A stretch of DNA of 64,000 nucleotides. Origin: Chrysomallon squamiferum. Its lineage: Eukaryota; Animalia; Mollusca. Under the pieces are notes generated by a model. The model had not been told where the DNA came from. It saw only the letters and a program-made list of their open reading frames with translations, and searched no databases. Below are positions 23,958 to 40,671 of the stretch, one piece after another (the stretch's first letter is position 1; each line of letters starts with the position of its first letter). The translations under genes were made by a program, and so were the position numbers. The stretch covers positions 16,492,001-16,556,000 of the forward strand of contig CM022678.1 in the NCBI GenBank assembly GCA_012295275.1, in the 5' to 3' direction.

Positions 23958-25029
23958 GTGCATTTGTGTGTTTGTGTGTGTGTGTGTGGTTATATGTACA
24001 GCATACTGATGTTTTAAATAAAAGTTTAATTAAGTAAATCAGAGACATTAGAATGTTAAACTGAAAGGTTTTTTTTTTTTTTTTTTTTAATTATTTGGTT
24101 AAGCTATAATTCTTTTTTTATTATTACTTTTTCTTTTTTTGATGAGAGTTGTATAATTTGTGTACATTTGTTTTAAAAATATTATCTATAAGTTTATTTA
24201 ATTACTTTAAGTTGACATTACTGTGTGTTGTTTCTTTTTTCTTCTTGTTTTTCTCTTATTTTTCTTCTGTTAATTTTCATTTTAAGTTTTTCTTGAATTC
24301 AAATTTTGTTTGTTCATTTTAGTTGATTGCTAATTCAGATTTTCTCAAAAATATTACAGATAGCAAAAAAATAAATAAAATCACTAATCATCATTTCTTT
24401 GTTTTAGAATTTCTTTTGTGAATAAACATACAATTTTGTTATTAAAAACAAATTGACTTGGTGTGAAATAATTTTGTGTTTCATGAAGGGTAAATAACTT
24501 AATGAACTGAAAATGAAAATAACTGCACAATGAAATAATATTCTGGTTCAAAAGGAAATAACACTTCATTTCAGATGGAAAAGTCAAGCGTAAGGATTTA
24601 ACAATCCTGTAACTCAAAAAGGGAAATAACTCTGTAATTCATGAAAGGGGGAATAACCTCAGTGTTTCACACTACGTCATATTTAATAACCAGTCTCTTA
24701 AAGGTTCAGAATGTACAAATTAGTACATATTACTGTCAAATCAACAAAACTACTGTCAAATCAAAAAACTACTGTCAACTCTATTAATCTAAACCTAGGT
24801 TAATGAATCAGTTGTCATCTGTACATTAGTTGTAATATATTTACTAAGTCTGATATTACGTGTGTGCTAATACGCATATTAAGTTACTGTATCCATATTA
24901 AATAACTATACGTTTTATATAGGAAATAAATACTGTAAATATATATATATGATCTCAGATACATTTGGTATTATTTTCCTGTCAATTTATATATGAACTA
25001 TTTATTTGTATGATGTTACTGGATTTTTG

Positions 25030-25205
<176 letters not shown>

Positions 25206-25480
25206 CTAGTCTGAAAAATGTTGTTGTTGTCAAGTGTTTTTGAAATCCAGTCAATATTCATGTCTCTGTTCCAAAGGGTGCTGTTATCAAGTAATTTATC
25301 ATAATGTCTGTCTGTCTGTCTGTCTGTGAGTACAACATATACTTCAGTTATACCTTACTTCAAATACTGCTGCCACTACTGTTAACATTCCTACTACTGC
25401 TACTACTACTATTACTACTACTACTGCTACACCACTACTATTACTCCTGCCATTGATACTACTACTACTTACCCAACTAT

Positions 25481-25511
<31 letters not shown>

Positions 25512-25976
25512 GCTACTACAATCAGCAGTATTGATAGTCTTATTATTACTATTACAATATTATTACAACAAATAAAACTTATTTAGGACTTACTATTATA
25601 CCAAGTAAGAAATTAATGCTACTACTACTACTACGACTATTACTACTCAAATTTGCATTGAAATATTTCAGTAATTTTTCTGTGATTGTAGTACAAATGG
25701 CAGTAGTAGCAATAAATATTTTCAATGTGTCCTGTCATTAAAAATAAATATATATTTTTTTTTTTACTGTAAATGTGCATAACGATTATAAATAATAAAT
25801 ATATTTTTCTCCTAATTAAAACAGACATTCCAAAGATTTTTTTTGTTTTTTGTTTCTGCAATTTTTTTATATATTCTTTTTGTCTCCCCTGATATATCCT
25901 CCCCTGTTTAATCTGATGTTTTATTAATTTGATCAATTATTTATTTAAAACACAAAATAGTTTCTCTTAAATTAAT

Positions 25977-26011
<35 letters not shown>

Positions 26012-26668
26012 TTGATTTATTTACTTTTATGGATATTATAAAGTATATATATATATATATATATATAATTCAATATTTATAATATTTGCATTTCAAAATG
26101 AAAAATCAAAATTGGTTTTAAAGACAGCATTGATATTAAATAATGTATATTTATTTATTTTTTATATTACTTTTTGCAGTAATGTTTGTTTTGTTTTATG
26201 TAATTTATAAATGTTTAAAACTTTCTGTAGTTTGGGAGTTAGGTAAAATGTTTTGTTTATTGCTGTCGCAGTTAAAATGATGTATCTGTAATGTCTTGTA
26301 ACTGGGAATATATATATATATATAAACATATGTATATATAAACAATACTAAATTCGGATTGTCATTTAATGTATCTGTTATTGGTACTTTCAGGAGATTT
26401 ATTTATTTATTTTTTTATTTTGCTGATGATTTATTTTTTGTTTTCTTTTCGTTTATCTGGGTCCATTTTTGAACATTTTTGTATATATTTTTGTTGACAT
26501 GCAATACTGTTTTGTAAATATGCAAATTCTGTACATTTGATGGGAAGATACATGTATGTGTACATATTTATATATGTTTTGTGTTGTGCCTAGCAATATT
26601 GTTTTCATTCTGGGGTATGGGATTATGAAAATGTGTTTTATTACTGCTATTTTTTTTTTGACAAATTT

Positions 26669-26721
<53 letters not shown>

Positions 26722-26988
26722 AGTTATGATTCAGAATATTAAGAAAATTGAAAAAAGAAAGAAAAAGAAAAGAAAAGCAAAAAAAGAGAAAAAAAAAAGG
26801 AAAAGAAAAATTCGTTTGAAACAAAACTGATTAAATAGTAGAGAATTTGTAGGATTATTTGGTAGCATTTTTCTGTAAAGTGTTAATAGAATGTTGATTC
26901 CTGACTTTATAATAACTGATGTACTTTTTTTCCTTCAGTAATATATTTTTATGATGATTTTATTATTATTATTATTATTATTTTATTA

Positions 26989-27035
<47 letters not shown>

Positions 27036-27192
27036 GGTTGGGATGCATAGGTGTACATATTTGAACGTTTACATTTTACATATATAAAAAAATATATATA
27101 AATAAAAAACTAAATAATAATAATAATAATTGAAATTGTGAATTCAGTGTTTCTGTAATATGTGTATTTTAATCTGTGGTTTTTCAGTTTTT

Positions 27193-27240
27193 AATAAAGA
27201 TATTTGTCTGTTTTTTCCCAGTAGCTCAGTTGTTCAGTGT
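27193..27240 (+). terminator. Candidate distal polyadenylation signal of the KIAA0319L-like gene
   Basis: AATAAA at 27193 followed by a GT/T-rich tract; TGTA-rich upstream; coincides with a CpG-density boundary. AATAAA is common in this AT-rich DNA, so this is tentative. Confidence 0.35.
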
Positions 27241-28040
27241 ATCAGTAATTAACGTAAATATTTAAATGATGTTTTTGTTCAATTTATCCGTAATTGGTTT
27301 GTCTACCTTTGTTGATAATTTAAGTGACGTTTTCATGTAATATCACTTAACTTTCAACATCTAGAAAAACGTTCTACTTTAACGGAAGTTTTTCATACCA
27401 ACTTAATTATCTGATTGTACGTCACTAATGTTTCCTTATGTAAATCTTTGTTACGAAACAGCATAATGTTTTCCATAAGAGTTATCTCCCTTGTCCATAA
27501 CGTGACTGACGTTTTCCTTGAGCGGTTATCTACCTTTGTCCTTTAAACGTTTGTTTTCCAATTTAACTTTGTAAATATAACAATCAGTATTGCTGTGGTT
27601 TTTATACTTTGTTATCCACACAACTAATAAATTATTTATGTTGTTACAATGCTAAGATCCTCAGCTAGACTCCACAATTCAGATATCATGTTGAAATCCT
27701 CCTTACAAAGTAATTATTTGTGTTGTTAATGTAAATACATGTTCATTAAAAGATGACTCACGGAAATTCGTTTATTATTGTTTTGTTTAGTTGTTTATAG
27801 ATAGCAAACAAATCAGTAGTGGGGTACCTGTTGAAAAATAAAGCAAATACATAATTGTTCATTAATTAGTTTATATATTTAATATAATTCTGAAGTGGAC
27901 TAATATACACCTGCAAATCTTACATTCACTGTTATTTAAGTAAATTCCCTGTTCACATTTATTTATTTTTTTTAATTTTTTTTTTTTTTTTCCACTGATG
28001 TTTCAAATCTATACACGACAAATGAAAATACTTCCCCACA

Positions 28041-28084
<44 letters not shown>

Positions 28085-29208
28085 CAATATCGGTTTTCAT
28101 TGATTTTCAAATAAATTTGTTTTGGTTTATAAATGCTTAAATCCTTTTAGAAAATGGTTTATGAAATAATCTTCGGTTATGCTATTATAATTTCTGCTTC
28201 ATTCACAACATAATACATTTATTTTGACACGATGACAGATAACATTTATTATATAAGAACATTATTTGCTTCAAACGGCTTTAGCTTATTTATGGTTTAT
28301 TGCATTGCTAAGGGAAGCTAACTGAAAAAAAACCCAATGAACTGTTAATTTAAAATGATTATATTGTTGTTAATCAGTGGCGTCATTGAATAAAGTGATT
28401 ATTTATATTTAATTGATTTGTATGTTGTTTGTGTTACTTTAACGAATTCCTGTTCTTTTGGAAATATGTCTTTTGGCAACAAAATAATTTTATTTTTTAT
28501 TATTATTATTATTATTATCATCATCATTATTATTATTATTATCATTATCATCATCATCATCTATCATCATTATTATTATTATTTGTTAATTTTTTATTTT
28601 TTTTTTTTTTTTATTTAAGAATAGGATGTATAATAATTATAACATTTATAGACATATATTTTTGATATCACATCATTAGGCATTAATAATAATAATTATA
28701 AATTATTATAAAATTATTATTATCGGTCTGTTAATTTATAACTGATGTTGTAAACTGCCCCAGTGAAGAGCTCTAAATCGACTCAGTCTGCTAACTTTGA
28801 CCTTGACCTCCCACGTTATTTATATACATAGTCTAAATTGATTAATCCATTTCATTGGCAATTCAACGTTTTATAACGGACGCTGGTTTCCATTTGGCGG
28901 ACATATTGTACTTGTTTAATGATGAGGAAGAGATATAGAATGCATTAGGAGTTCATCCTTATCAAACTGAGCATGAAAATGATAGAGACCACCCGTCGAT
29001 GCAAATAAAATGACGATTTATCTATTCTAGCGATATGAACGAAAAGAACTCCCGATAACAAAAAAGCTACTAACACAGACTTTGACTGCTGGTATAAACA
29101 CATTATTAACTGATGATAGTTGTGGTAGATATTTTATAATGAGTCACATTTTGAAAGAAAATATCCCAGGAGATATATTTTCTACGGTAATATTTTATTT
29201 CTTAATTG

Positions 29209-29350
<142 letters not shown>

Positions 29351-29939
29351 GGTTTTGAAATTCTTGGAGTGTTCTGGCTCCTTATTCTGCCCCTTTGCTG
29401 CGTCCATTTATACTGTAGACATTTACCATTGTTTTATATGATAAAACAAAAACTAGTGGAAAAAACCAACAAAAAACCCCAGCCAAAAACAACAACAACA
29501 ACAACAACAACAAAACACAACAAAATGATAACAAAATGTTTCATTCTTGTGGACAAAAAGACTAACGGCTTTGCACTGAATTCCTGTGACGTCACCGGAA
29601 ACCGACAATTTCGATCCATTTTTAGCGACTGATAATAAAAACCGTTCAACCCGTCAACAGACAATTTTGTTACATTATTAACGTTATCCGTGAGTGCCAG
29701 CAAAAGCGAAACGTGTTTTTAATTACTGTTTCGCTTTAATAAAGTAGTGACCATTAATAATATCGCTGTCAGAAGAAAATATAGTAATAAAATGTCTAAC
29801 TTTTTTATTCTAAAATTAACCGATGCATAAACCGCAATCAGTGACGTTAAATAAGAGTACTGAATAGAAGAGAAAACTATGTTAAGTGTTATAAATATCA
29901 TTCAGCTGAGAGTTCTAACTACATCAGACCAAAGAGGAT

Positions 29940-30013
<74 letters not shown>

Positions 30014-30140
30014 CTTTCTGACTGACTGTCTGTCTGTCTCTAAAGCTGCCTCTCTCTCTCTAAACCTGTCATTCTCTCTCTCTCTAGTTTTCTCATTTTT
30101 ATAAAGAAGATAATTTTCAAAATTATTATCATCTGTTTGT

Positions 30141-30188
<48 letters not shown>

Positions 30189-30316
30189 TCAGACATACAG
30201 ATGATAATGTTTAATGTATATTTCTATCTTTTTGTTTCTCTTCCTCTGTCTCTATAACTGTTTGTCTATATATCTAATTATTTCTTTCCTTCTATCTGTA
30301 TATATATATATATATC

Positions 30317-30411
<95 letters not shown>

Positions 30412-31001
30412 ATAACATTTCCGTTTGATAATCTGGATATACTATTTCCCCTGGAGTGCAGTGCTATCTCATTCACTTCTCATTTGGAAATTTTTCCAAA
30501 CTTTCAGTGCATTTTTATGCCTATTGTAATCCTTTAGCAATGTGGCGGCACATTTTTACTGTTCCATGTAAATTAATTCATTTGCAGACCTTGCGAATTT
30601 ACTCATTTTTTTTTTTTCTTTCTTTCTTTCTTTCTTTCTTTCCATTCGTCAGTATTGATACAGGAGAAACGACAACACTGTGTGGTAGCAGATAAACGAG
30701 TTACTTTAATAGGCCATTCTGGTGATTCAAAATAACAGTTTTTCTGCAGCCGTTTTTGTGAATTAGATTTCATCTGATGTCATTAAACGCGAGGCTTTTA
30801 CCGCGGGTCTGTTGAAAGCATGGACTGTTTTTATTGTAACTCTAGAGGTTAATGTGCGGAAAGGAAAAACTTGTTGTTAAAAAAATAAAAAATTACCGAA
30901 ATAAAATTTTCTTCAAAGTTCTGTGACTGTGAAGTTGTTAGTCTTCGGTATCGTTAGTGCGCAGAATAAAGCCTGGAGACTTGAAGTGTTTGTGTGTGTG
31001 T

Positions 31002-31403
<402 letters not shown>

Positions 31404-32095
31404 ACGGGGCCCGCACCATTAAACACCTAAGATGTTTTATTAAAGCTCAGTCTAGGGTAACAAGGTGCTTTAATGGCCACCTAACAAGGAATATAAACGC
31501 TAAATTGACAGCAATCTATATAAATCAATAATTCTATCTTTCCACTAAAGAAATAAGCACAGCAACATTAAAGTACAAGCTAGTTATTTAATTATGATAC
31601 AAATATGATAATAATACAGTCGATAAAACATATATTTAAATAACTTTGAGTAATGATAATGAGCGACACTTGTAAGTTCATACGCATAACGGGGAATTAA
31701 AATAAAAATAGAATCTGCACGGAGGACAGATTAAAAAAAATTAACAATGTATGTATATGAAATGTTACTGAGAAGGTTTAATTACACATTTGCACCCTAT
31801 AAAAATAACAACAGACAACAGCTGACCATTTTCTTCCATAAAGGTAATGCCATTCTAAAACACTGGTTTCCCCTCCTCAATGAACTTGGCTTTTTTCTTC
31901 TCTTTAACATATATTTTAAAACAATTCCATGGAGTTGAAAAATTGACGTCAGAAACAAAACGCGCAGGCGTCATAGAAACACTAATTAACAACCTAAACT
32001 GATTTACGTGACTGAAAACGGCAATTCAAGCAAACCCGTGAAATTTAAAAATAAAACATGCGGACACAGCAGAAAACAACACTGGTTACGCGTGT

Positions 32096-32143
<48 letters not shown>

Positions 32144-32717
32144 ATGGGTATTTATATGTATGTATATGTTTGTGTGTATGAATGAGTATGTGCAAATGTG
32201 TGAGTGTTTGTGTGAATGTGTATATGTTTGTGTATATTTTCTCACTTCTACATTTTTATAATATTTTTTAATATTTTTTTTTTTTCTATTTTCATTCTTC
32301 TTTTCTTATTTTTTTCTATTTTTATTCTTCTTTTCTTATTTTTTTATTATATATATTTTTTTCCTTTGGTAATAAAAGTATGGCAATGAACTCAGTTAAT
32401 AACTAGAGATGAAATACTTCACCGTATTTAATTTTTTCTCCTCTAAGAATAAATCGGGTTTTTTTCTTTTCTTTTCTTTTTTTTTAAATTTATGATTACA
32501 TTGAAATTCATTATGTTGTAAATGATTTGATTATTAGAGCTTGAAACAAGTAAAGAAAAAAGAGAGAAAATATTAATGAAAGAAAAAATATGTATTTCAA
32601 ATCAAATTGCCTATAACACACAAAGAAAATGTTATAAATGAAATTTGTTTTATCTTTTGTTCAATAAATAAATAAATACTGCTGTAGCTACTGTTGCTAC
32701 CACTACTATTACTACTG

Positions 32718-32749
<32 letters not shown>

Positions 32750-33181
32750 GCTACTACTACTACTACTACTACTAATAATAATAATGAAAGAATAATAAAA
32801 ACAGCAGTATTACAAATAATAATAGCAATAAGAGCAATAATGACAATAATAATGATAATAATTATTATTATGATGATGACGACGTTGATAATAATAAGAA
32901 GAAAAAGAAGAAGAATCACAATAGGAAGAAACTAAAACACACACACACACACACACAGAAATAACGCTGTGACTTGATCAACTAAATTCATTCAGTTTTT
33001 TAAATTATTATTTAAAACACACGCACAGGCAAACAGATCAACATAAGGTCGTTGATATTTTGAGTGCAGAGGGGAATAACCTTTCTTTAACTGTAATGAC
33101 TTATTTTTACATATTTCAGACAAGTTTAAACGTTAAATTCAGATTTCTGACAAGCAGGATAAAATAATATTGTTTAGAGAG

Positions 33182-33240
<59 letters not shown>

Positions 33241-33903
33241 CAGTGAACAGAAAATGAATAAAACAGACAAACAAAACAAACGTATATATTATATATATAT
33301 ATATAAACATGACATTTAATTCACGGAAATATAATTTAAAAAAAAATTAATACAAATAAAAATAAAAATAAATACATATATAAATTAAAAACAGTCTGTT
33401 AGAATTATTAGCTTGCACAATACTAGTTAATTTAGTTAATAATTTAACAAATCTGAAACTACTCTGTCACTGTTTTAGAAGATCTGTTTATTAAAACAAA
33501 GGCAATGATATTATGACATTTTTTTCCCCTCTATGTTGCGTCAGGAAATCAAACCTCAAATTTCGACTTCTGACATTAACAGATTCTGTATCTTCAAAAC
33601 TAATAATGGTTTCATAAAGTTTTACCTAAAGTTCAGAATTGCTGACTTCTTTCTGAGATCTCTCATTTGTTCCACTTCGGAAATGATTGGAGAGAAAAGA
33701 TCGCGAAAGGAAATATCAGAAAACGTCGAATTCCGGTTTACGACAATGAGACCGGAAGATTACTGCGGTTTAAATTAGTTACTCAGTTAGTGCAGATGTA
33801 AATTGGCCATTTATGTTGTTATTAAAGACCTTCGAAAGAGTTTTTTTTATTATTATTATTTTATTTTTTTTTTTTTTTTTTTTTTTTTTATTATGAATTA
33901 TTG

Positions 33904-33997
<94 letters not shown>

Positions 33998-34450
33998 GTT
34001 TTGTCATCGTTATTGTTGTTTTGTTAGTATATTATTATTCTTTCGTAAGCTTTTATTTCTTTTACAGGTTTATCTTCTGAAGAAACATTCTTGTCAGTCT
34101 TTTCTTCTTCTACATTGTTTTTTTCTTAAATTATCCATATTATCTATATTAATACGAAACCAACTATTCTTGTTGATAATGGATTTTAAGTAATTTTAGT
34201 ACGACATAAATTCAGTTAATACTTAATTTTAGAAAATTGCCATTGTCTCGGTTCTATGTTCCCGAGTAAAACGAGATTTTTATTCAAAACCTCGAGATAA
34301 CCACACAGCCTTTTGTTTGTAGTTATAGAAACTAAACTTTACATCTTCATTCGGTCATTGTCGTCAGTTTACGTAAAATAGGACAAATATTTTTCTAGGT
34401 TAACTCGAAAGTACTGTATTTAGTTTATTAAATGACTGTAACTGTAAAAG

Positions 34451-34538
<88 letters not shown>

Positions 34539-34649
34539 ACTCACATAAAAAACACAGACTCACATAAAAAACACAGACACACATAAACACACACACACAG
34601 AGAGAGAGACACACACACATAAAAAACACAGACACACACACATAAATAA

Positions 34650-34736
<87 letters not shown>

Positions 34737-35313
34737 TTTCAGAAAAGATTTAATTAAAACTATTATTACCATTACTCTTATTTCAGCTAATACCGCTATT
34801 TCTGTTAGAAGGTAGATGGCATTATTATTATTAGTTCGACTTTTTATTTGCTAATGAATTTTTTTTTTATTTTTATTTTATTTTATTATATTGAAGTCAA
34901 AAACAAGACAAAGAGACGTAATCAGATATACAGACAAGTTTAATTCTACGGTCTTTTAACTGAAGCAAAATAACATAACAAAATTTATAAAACAGAAATG
35001 TTGATAATACGTATTTTGTTTTATTAATTTAAAGAAAAAGGATATAGAGAGAAAGAAAAACAAATCAAAGAATGAAAAAGGACGTGTCAAGCCCGTGTCA
35101 GGTGACGTAAGGATATGTCGGTGTCATTTAGGCAGACGTAACAAAAGTCGTCTGCGCTGCCTTAGATGATAACAAGAGACGTCTGCGACCCCAAACTGAA
35201 AAGTACAACACATCGACGACAATGGACGTCTGCAGTAGAATTTTTTTAAAACGTTGGTTGCTTTATTACTATTATTTTTTTCTAATTAGCTTGTCGTAAT
35301 CTTGTTTTTTCTT

Positions 35314-35355
<42 letters not shown>

Positions 35356-35854
35356 TTCAGATTTTAACGACATAGCAAGAAAGAAAGAACAAACGAAATA
35401 AATAACAAAATTTTCAAAATGCAAAGAAACAAGAGAAAAAAAATATTGAGCAAAATGTCTAAGCGATATAAAGGAATGTGAAAACAGGAGAATATTCCCA
35501 ACTTGATATATTTTAATTGGACTGTTTGAAAAAGAAATAATAAGATGGAATTATAAGACTAAGGTGTATCAATTGAAATTTTTTAATTATAATTTATTAT
35601 ATCTGGAAACAAGATCATAACAGCGAAGATGTCACGATCTGCCATTGTACTACACAGTCAAACAATCTGTTTTGAGTCGGCTCAAATTGAAGATTCGAGT
35701 TAATATATCAGTACTGACAGGATGTTTCTAGTTAAGCGATTTTCTTTCCCTGTCTGTCATCTTTTTTCAATAAAGCGTAGCAGACGCGATAGTGAAACAT
35801 TGATCTTGGGTTTATTAATGAATTTATCAGAAACGATTTATTTTCAGCGCAGAC

Positions 35855-35942
<88 letters not shown>

Positions 35943-37089
35943 GTTTGTCTCTTTATGTTTATCTGTTTTGTATCTCTGTCTGTCTATCTATATGACTGTC
36001 TATCTACTGAACGACCTAGCAAGAAAGAAAGAACAAACGAAATGAATAACAGTATTATCTATCTATCTATCTGTCTGTCTATCTATCTTTTTATGTATCT
36101 AATTCATTTATCTAGCTGTCCGTCTCTCATTCTTTCTGTATCACTACGTTTCTTTCTTTTTCTCCTGACCCTTGCTGTCTGTCATTCTAATTATTTTTCT
36201 ATATCTCTGTCTTTCTCTTAATTCGTCTGCTTCTGTCTCTTCTAAGAGCTATGCCGTATGAAGAGTTTCTAAAAATCGTGTCATCGTTCTACACAATGTC
36301 AGATTATTTTCGCTGACCTGAAAGACGAACAAGCGTTGTACTGATGTCGACGTCCAGAAATACAGAAATTAATCTCGTCTGACATATTTATTTTATGTCA
36401 AAACAAATTATACAGTGTTTTTTGCTGTCTTTCTTTCTTACTTATTTTTTTCTTTTTCTTTATTTTTTTTTTTTTTTTTCTTCATTTTCCTCTATTTTCT
36501 TTTCTTCGTCGTCTTTCTATATTTTTTATTTAGTTCTTTTTTTTTTTTTTTTTTTTTTTTTCATTTTGAAATATTCTACGATTATATAATTTTAGGGTGT
36601 TCTGTGATCTGTCTTTGTAGGTTTCTGTAATTTTCTGCTAGCACAGGATCTCATTTTGAACAGAAACAAGTTAAAGATCACATGTTGATCACGTGTTCCT
36701 ATGGCTGTATTAACCAGTCTAGGCAATATTCCAAACCGGGTGTGTGTTTTTCTGTTTACGAGTGTGCGCATAAAAAATATTACTTTTTGCTAATCCTTAA
36801 GAGTAATCGAAGAAATCACGGAAGTGTTTTAATTTCTTGTTTGAATGTTATATAAAAACATATCTGTTTTATTTATTTATTTATTTATTTACTTGCTTAT
36901 TTATTTATTATTTATAAAAAGGACAGAGATGATTTCTATGTCTAAATTTAAACACGCTGTTCTCTAAATTATAACGAGAAAACCAACAGACTCTTTTTCT
37001 TGGATTCTTTCCATGGGTGTGTGAATGGAAGAGATTCCTTTCTGCTAATCTTTTATAATAACCCATGAAATAGCGATACTGTTTTCATT

Positions 37090-37161
<72 letters not shown>

Positions 37162-40100
37162 GATAAACAGCCAGTTACTCGATAAACAGCCCGTATTATG
37201 TGTTTCTTCTCTTTTGTTTATAACGATCTATTATTTATATTACGTATAAAAAACAACTACTAGGTCTAACATTAATCACCTCTATTGTCGTTTTTTGTTT
37301 GTTTGTGTTCTCACTGGTTATTTGTTGTGATGGCTTGATACTTACTGACTAATTATTTAATATAATGAGCACTGTATTTGTCACTAACAACCACATAACA
37401 ATAATAACAAAAAATTAAAAAAAGATTCAGACAAACCACAGGCGTAGGCTCTGACTCTACAAAATTAGGTTCCGCTCGATTTATAGTCAGAAATCCACGT
37501 TTCGTGTTAAAGATATTCAATCCGTCAATGAGCAAAGTATTTACGTACTGTAATATCAGTAATCACTGTTTTCTTATGAATTACCATTAAGCTTATTTGG
37601 TGAACAACCGGAAAGTCTTATGACGTCACGCGTCACTCAGAACTAAGGACGTCTGCACTTACCTTGCCAGAGGTTTTGTTGTGTAATGTCAGAAATCGCA
37701 TTTTCTTTATTTTTCGATAATTTTATGTCTAAAATGTACCAGTATTTCAGTCTAAATTGCCCACACAGATCCACAAATAAAATTAACAATCAGAATGCTT
37801 TTGTCATTTACTGTATTTAATTAATTAATTAATTTTATTAAATTTGTTGTAATTTTTATTCATTTTTATTTCATTTATAAACAATATTTGTTTATTTGTA
37901 TATTATTTGCGAAAAATATTAAAATAAGTTAGATATAATGCCATCAAAGAAATGCTCGAAGTATACAAATTTCGAAGCTCAAATGGCGCGAACGCTTTTA
38001 ATATAAATGGCGCGAAAGCTCTTTGATATAAATGGCGCGAAGGTCTACGGTCTAATGGGGCCAAAGTTCATTTAAGTAATTGCGGCTACGAAAGCGCGAA
38101 ACTCAGTAGTTAAGCTACTTTATAGTTCACGGCCTAACTAATTCCTAAGTTCGTGACCCAAGCAGCGACACAAATTCTCAGTTAAACTGCGTGAACATTC
38201 ATCATTATAACCGCGCCAATTCTAGCGAGCTAAATGGCGCCAGAGGTTATTTTCTTTGTAAGATCACAGCGGCAGGATATCTTCAAATGTTCAGATATAT
38301 CGAGTCTTTCGCAAATTAAAAATATTGTAATACTTCACTCCAGCAAATGATTATAGTCTATGCAACGTGCCCTGGACTTTGTAATGTTCATAACGTGTAG
38401 TAAATTATTGAAATGTGGTTATTATAAAAGTGAAACAATGCTTGGATGTGGTTCAGGAATGATATTAACATGACACTAATCTAACCGTCTAAACAGATCA
38501 GCATATTTTATTGTGGAGTGTTGTTCTCTGTTACTAATACGAGTCCTCAGATGGAATAAAGCGATGAATTAATAAATATTAAGTCGTTATTCGTCTACCT
38601 AAAGACAATATAAGAATGATAACATGATGTGACCATATTTTGGTTAGGCTGGAACGGGATATAACGTAACGGACATTTAGATCGAGTCTTCTGTACATTT
38701 CTCAGCCAACTGACCTTTTCTTTCCTGTTTTTTTTTTCTTTCTTTCCTTCTTTTCTCTTTCCTTCTATTTATTTATTTCGTTCGTTCTTTCTTTATGTCT
38801 TCAGCTGTTTGGATGTTTTTTTTTTTTTTTTCATTTTATTTATTTATTTATCTTCTTCTTCTTCGTTTTTTTTTTTTTTTTTTTGTTATTATTATTTATT
38901 TCGTTCGTTCTTTTTTGATGTCTTCAGAAAAGTTGTTTTGATTTTTTTTTTTTTTTTTTTTTTTTATTTATTTATTTATCTTATACTTCTCGTTTTTTTT
39001 TTTTTGTGTTTCTTTTTGTTCTTTTTATTATTATTGCTATTGTTGTCGGCGGTGTTGTCGAAGTTTTTCAGTGACACAAATATACGCTGTCCAGGACTAA
39101 ATAAAACAGGACAGTTATAAGCTGTCACTGGACACATTCCTCTAAGGACATTTTTCTGTGTTTCTGGAGAAGCAGGATCTAAACTATAATGATAAATAAT
39201 TTTCGTATTCACAAACAATAACCTAAACTCTCACAAAAATTCAGTTTTTACTCCTTTAAAAAAAAAAAATAAAATAAAAATTTGTTTCTAATTATATGTC
39301 GATGTAAATGAAGGTTTGTAAAACTAATTTGATGAATCACAGATGAACTGGAGAAATTTAATTTTAAAGAAAAATCATTATTCTTTTCCTTTCTTTTTTT
39401 CTTTTCATTATTTTTCTCTTTTTTTTTCTTTTTTTAATCAACGAAAATAACACCACACACAAAAAAAAAAAAAAAAACCTAAAAATATATAAACGGAGAA
39501 TAATAACAATAAGAAGTAAATAAGTAATAAACAAACAAATGAATGAATTAAATTTATATTCTTGAATAAAGACATGATAAAACATAAAAAGAACGAAGCA
39601 TTAATAAATCTCATTATTATTATAATCTACAATTACTGAATTATTTGTATCAGGGAGATCGCTATCAATTTAAAATGTTTGAAATTTTTAAGATTATTAT
39701 TATTATTACAAATATAATAATAATAATTATTATTATTATTATTATTATTAGTAGTAGTAGTAGTATAGTGGTAGTAGAAGTAGAAGTAGTAGTAGTAATA
39801 ATGTTATTATTATTGTTATTATTATTCTTGTTGTTGGAATACCTATTATTATTTTTATCTTACTGTTGTTGTACTTGTTTTTTGTTATTATATTGTTTTC
39901 ATTTTATTTATTTATTTATTTGTTTATTATTTTATTTCATTTTATTTCATTTTATTTCATTTATTTCATTTTATTTTATTTTTATTTTATTATCGATATT
40001 TTATTTCATTGTACCTTCTCAATTTTCATTTTATTTCCTCCGGGAATTCAGGCGACATTATGTCAAAGTGTTAATGTCATTCTGGCCGCAACCGAACACG

Positions 40101-40498
40101 CAATACAACGTTAAGAAGAAAAATGTGATGTTTTTTTTGTTTTTTTGTTGTTTTTTTTTAAATTGTTTTTTTGTGGCAAATCCATATTTCTGAAAGACAG
40201 GGTTGTCATAAATGTTGTAGAGATATCGGCAGCTGAACCGAGTTACTTTGTAAAAGAAAGAAATAAACATTTTAAATAAAAGTTATAAAATGAGGCCATT
40301 AACACCGGTGACTAGTTCAGTGCTGTTGTGATGATAAATAAAAGTTTGTATATCTGTTTCTACATCTATAATCTATGTCTATGTATGTGTATATCTGTAT
40401 CTGTAACTATATCTTTCTTTCTTCCTAATCATTCATCCATTCATCCATCCATCCAGCCATGTCTCTCTGTGTGTCTTTCTAGCTTTCTTTCGATCAAA

Positions 40499-40582
<84 letters not shown>

Positions 40583-40636
40583 GTCTCTCTCTTTTTAATA
40601 ACATTTCCGTTTGATAATCTGGATAATTATTTCCTC

Positions 40637-40671
<35 letters not shown>

